DNA of 25,643 nucleotides, from the NCBI GenBank assembly GCA_000388065.2, contig KB932206.1, one strand, 5' to 3'. Position 1 is the first letter of the stretch. The number at the start of each line of letters is the position of its first letter. The notes beneath the pieces were generated by a model. The model was given only the letters and a program-made list of their open reading frames with translations, had not been told where the DNA came from and searched no databases. Of the stretch, positions 21,456-25,643 are shown piece after piece. This DNA is from Fonticula alba ATCC 38817 (Eukaryota; Protista; Nucleariida). The position numbers and the translations under genes are program-made.

Positions 21456-21653
21456 GCGACCCGGCGTGCGTCCTCTTCCCGATGGGGGGTCCTGCGCCAT
21501 GCAGTTGATTGGTGGCTCGAGGCCGGGGCCGACTTCCTCACCACGGAGAATGGCTTCTCCGAGTTCACCAAGGCGTGCTGCCCTCTCCTGTGCTGCCTGC
21601 CCCCCCGTCCGACGGAAACCCGGCCCACTGACCGCTTGACTCTCGGCCTGCAG

Positions 21654-24600
21654 GCGCGAAGCAGCTTCTCTCCTCGACATCTCCCTTCCCAGTGGAGTAC
21701 CTCCAGCCATGGCATCTGCCCAACTACTCCGAGCTGCAGCCCGGGTCGGTCCTGTTCACCTTCGGCCGGACAGCCGTCGCGGAGAAGGTCATCCCCATGC
21801 ACCAGCTGGTACGACATTCTGCCGCTCGTTCGTGCACGCGCGCACGCACGCACGCACGCACAAACATGTCTGGTCCCGGGAGGCCAGTGGTCTCCTCTTG
21901 TTTGTGTAGCCCCCCCCCCCCCCCCCCCGCCGATCACTGATCCGTTACATGCAGTCCGAGCTCCCCGCAGAGTCCTACATCATTCGTGCCAACACCCATC
22001 TCCTGAATGACACGGTTGTGCTGGCTGGCGATGGCACGGCCACCGGCAAGTTTGCCAGCTCCCTGCTTGCGGCTGGCGTCGACCCCGAGGCCTCCCTCGG
22101 TGCTGCCTACGCCACTTACGGTATGACCTGGACGGCCCTCTGTCTGTCATGCTCCGGATGATGGCCCCAACTGACCTCCCTCCATCGTGTGGCCCTGGGG
22201 TGGGGGGAAATCCACCCTGCGGACAATCGCGCCAGCCATCCTCGAAAAGATCGGCTTTGCCTTCCTTCATCCCCTGGAGCCGGTCATCCCTACCAACTGG
22301 TCCATCCACCGGACCGTCGGTCTGAATGAGTCTCGTCAGCCGAACTGGGACACCCGCCTGTGGCATGGTATGCACATGGACAAGCACACGAACAACTGTG
22401 CACGCACATGGATATATTATATAGCGCGCGCACACACACACACACACACCGGCACATCCCTTGGCCTAATGGCCTCCGCCTCTCTCCTGCCCCGCTGACA
22501 TGTGCTTTCCCCTCTTCCCCTCTTCCCCTTGGCCCCCGGCCCCCGGAGCAAAGTCCATACCATGCATCCTCTCGAACTGACGGACATGCTGAATGGCTTC
22601 GACATCCCGCTGACCCGGACGCCGCTGGTTCCTCGGACAGCCAACACCACGCTCCCGGGGACCGGCGCGCGGCAGCTCCGCTACGAGGAGTCCTTCCACT
22701 CGATGCTCACCCGCGACTGGGAGCTCTTCCTGGAGTGGATCACGGCCAATCGGCAAAATGCCGTCGAGTGGGTGCTTCTCCTGTCGCCGGACTGGATGGA
22801 GTTCGGTCTGAGCCCCCTGCGCCAAGAGCGCCTGCGCCAGCTGGTTGACGCGTGCCACGGCTTCGGCATTGCCTGTGGCTTTGTACGTGCTTGTATTTGG
22901 GTGTCTGCTCCCCGGTCCTGGCGTCCTCCCCCCCTCCCCCCCTCGCCCTGGCCCCGTTTCCCCTTTCCCCCCCCCCCCCCCCCTCCCCCCCCCCACGGCT
23001 CCATCCCCTCGCCACACGCCCAACNNNNNNNNNNCCCCCACGGCTCCATCCCCTCGCCACACGCCCAACGTGCAGGATGTACCCATCGCTCTGATTCAGC
23101 AGCACTCCTTTACGATGATCGGTCGCCCCGAGGGCCGGAATGATGAGAACTATGACCCGGTCAAGAAGATGCGCGAAAACAGTGCGTCCACCTGTCCCAT
23201 TTCTTTTCCTCTCTCTCTCTCTACTCCTCTTCTTGTCTCTCTTCCTGCTGCCCCCTGACAACCAATGACCCCCCCCCCCCCCACCCCTGCTCCTGCGCCA
23301 TGCAGTTGATTGGTGGCTCGAGGCCGGGGCCGACTTCCTCACCACGGAGAATGGCTTCTCCGAGTTCACCAAGGGCAGCTGCACGACCATGCTCAACTGG
23401 ATGAACGAGGCAACTGCCTACTTGGCCGAGGCCGGCCGCTCGCTGCACATCAAGGTCCACATCTCCAAGAACCAGGTGTGCGAGGAGTTCCTCGACCCGG
23501 TCACCGGTCAGCCGCTGAACTTCAACTTCCTGCCGACTTTGGCCGACAAGCGCCTCGGCATCTTGCCCCACACGGTGCAGATGTACACCTATGGCGACCC
23601 GGCGTGCGTCCTCTTCCCGATGGGGGGCCGCTCCTCCTGTGTGCTTTTCCCTTTCTCCCCCCCCCCCCCTCTCGCGCCTCCGACACTCTCTCTCTCCCTG
23701 TCTCTTTTCTGTGTCCCGCTTCCTGGGTACTGACCTTCCCGCCGGGTCCCCATCTCCTCGCCCTGGCACCCGCCCTCACAGCCCCACCTATGCCCAGGAG
23801 AGCTTCGACTTCATGTATGACTTCATGTTCGAGGAGATGCGCAAGGGCGAGCGCGAGGTCGTCTTCTACCCGGAGACCGCCTATTGGATCACATACGACA
23901 TTCAGGTGCGTGTGCTGCCCCTCCCTCGCCCCCCTGGCATATTTGACCCCAATGGGAAACCCTCGCCAGATACCGAATGCTCACACCTCCCCCCTCCCCC
24001 TCCGATGGGTGCAGTCCCCCCTGTTCCTCCCCCTCTACGCGTGGAACCGTTTCCGCGACCTGCGTCTCATCGCTGAGAAGGAGGTTCGTGTCGCCGTCTC
24101 TCTCTCTCTCTCTGCCCCTCTCTCTCGCTCTCTCGAGCCCGCTCGTCACTATCAGGCTTGGCTTTTCTTTCCCCCTCCCCTCTGACCATCCTTCTCCTCC
24201 CCCCTGCCCCCCTGCCCCCCTGCCCCCGCTTGATCGCCGAGCAGAAGGAATTCAACACCAAGATCTCCGGCCAGATGATCTTCGAGTCCGGCTGGGAGTG
24301 GGGCTACTGGATCAACAATGTTGTGGCCGCGCGGGCGGTCTTCGATCCGCTGCTGCACATCAACAGCACCACTCTGGCTTTCCAGGAGCTCCTGCGCGAT
24401 GCTCTTTACGTGCTGGACTTCAAGCCACTCAATGCGGCCGGCGGCCTGCCGGAATTCTGGGCCGAGGCTCGGCGCCCGGTGGGCATTCCGCCCGTGGTGG
24501 ACGCCACCAATGCGGCTCCTGTGGTGGATCTCCTGTATCGGTACATCCTGGAGCAGGACAACCTCCTGGTCCAGGGGATTGTCAATGGCAAGCGCCCCTC

Positions 24601-24782
24601 GGACATCATCAAGCGCAATGGCATCGCCTACATCGAGGGCTGGGACACCTTCGCCGACTTCGGGGCCATGACCGATGGCTTCATCTCCACCCAACCCGTG
24701 CGCATGTCCCTGCTGGACTTCCGCCGCGATCCGCCGAAGACCGACAACCCGGACTATCTGTCCGAGATCCGGCCGCTGCTGG
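21654..24782 (+). CDS. Uncharacterised, probably secreted/lysosomal protein, glycoside-hydrolase-like (hexosaminidase-type domain 2 + TIM barrel); partial, ~638 aa visible
   Basis: Exons 21654-21808, 21955-22120, 22236-22367, 22554-22882, 23076-23181, 23306-23603, 23782-23905, 24015-24083, 24245(or 24242)-24782; all GT-AG and phase-consistent. Blocks: GAAYATYAILEKIGFAFLHP, RLWHVHTMHPLELT, NRQNAVEWVLL, GFDVPIALIQQH, DFLTTENGFSEF, DPAPTY, FYPETAYWITYD, QMIFESGWEWGYW. The 5' end is in the 20525-21455 gap; the 3' end is unresolved at the 24835 gap. The exon model is solid; the function is inferred. Confidence 0.8.
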
Positions 24783-25177
24783 GTGCGTCTTTCCGGCTCG
24801 GGCTTTCTCCCTCTCTCCCCCCCCCCCCCCCCCCNNNNNNNNNNGGGGGGGGGGGGGGGGCCGGGCCGGCAGAGAGATCGCACCCACGGGCTTTCGTCAG
24901 CCCCCGGCTAGATCTCCGGGACCGGCGCACGCATGACGCAAGTCGGGGGTCAATCACGCCGTGGTCACGCCCACATCTGCCAACTGTCCTGGGTGTTGTT
25001 ATTTTCCTCCAGGGGGCGGGTGAATTGAATGTCTGTTGTGTGTTGATGGCCCCGGGCCCGGCATGCGTGTTCTCCGGCTCTCCTCGTCCCCCTGGGGGGC
25101 CGCGGGCCGGGGGGCCGCGGGCGTCTGGCACGCCCGGAGAAGTGGGCTGCGCTTGACAGGCGCCCAAGAACGTGCCC

Positions 25178-25643
25178 TCAAAAGAGGGCGACTGACCTGC
25201 CACCGGCGAGCCCCAAAGAGCGAGCCCGCTGGTTTGGTCCGGTCAGGGAGGGGGGGGGGGAGATGGGCGGAACACCGAGTGCCATCTCTTTGGTCCTGTC
25301 CGAAAAGAAGGGGCCCGATAGGACGCCCCGCCGCTCTGCCGCCCGGCCGAGGGGGTGTGGGTGTTTTCCCGATCGCAGCCTCCTACCCCTGGGGGGGGGG
25401 GGGGGGGACTGGGCCGGGCGAATAGACGTACCTGACCCCCGGTGATCCCCGGCCTCCTTCCGGCTGGCGGGTGCGGGGCGACCGGGCCTCGATCGGTCTC
25501 TCGTGTCTGGGGCATCTCAGCGCCCCGGTCCTTGCTCCGCCCCTGCCCCTCGGGCGGGCCCAGAGGGCAGCAGGGCATTATTTTGGCCGCCGCGGCCGCG
25601 GCCAAACTCCAGCCATCTCCTGACACCGCCCGAGCAGCTCCCG
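25178..25643 (-). CDS. Possible last two exons of a minus-strand gene starting right of the window (or a spliced non-coding/UTR segment)
   Basis: Canonical intron 25431-25229 (CAG|GTACGT, poly-C, CTGAC branch, CAG). The upstream frame is open to the window edge and splices to RARSLGLAGGRSVALF*. The product is low-complexity and unrecognised. Confidence 0.3.

Noticed and set aside
19273-22010. 430-788 aa ORFs spanning the large gap
   Set aside because: Their length comes from translating N runs.
22991-23069. 34-bp direct repeat flanking a 10-N gap (22991-23024 = 23036-23069)
   Set aside because: Unmerged overlap of two contig ends within a gene 8 intron.

Overview
GC-rich eukaryotic (protist/early-branching opisthokont) draft-genome scaffold; the style (poly-C/CT/CA-rich short introns, GTGCGT donors, N gaps) is consistent with Fonticula alba (inference, not verified). 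Splicing by hand gives eight protein-coding genes: (1) an unrecognised protein with a mitochondrial-type presequence (-, runs off the left edge); (2) an intronless FAM173-like class I SAM methyltransferase (+); (3) eIF3 subunit K (+, 4 exons); (4) a carnitine O-acyltransferase ending in TKL (-, 8 exons); (5) tyrosyl-DNA phosphodiesterase 1 (+); (6) DGAT1 (-, 6-7 exons); (7) an OGFOD2-like 2OG-Fe(II) oxygenase (-, 3 exons); (8) an uncharacterised, probably secreted protein with an architecture resembling a GH20-type domain 2 + TIM barrel (+, at least 9 exons, both ends at gaps). Most ORFs in the supplied track are GC-rich shadows or intron read-throughs. The most interesting biology: the glycosidase-like orphan; a TDP1 whose second HKN motif is split by a ~225-aa insertion carrying SQ, SIM-like and bipartite-NLS motifs; and a 5' splice-site consensus dominated by C at +4. 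Several apparent oddities are assembly artefacts, most clearly an Illumina adapter (CACGACGCTCTTCCGATCT) with a 169-bp duplication that falsely frameshifts TDP1. No RNA genes, mobile elements or CRISPR arrays could be supported.
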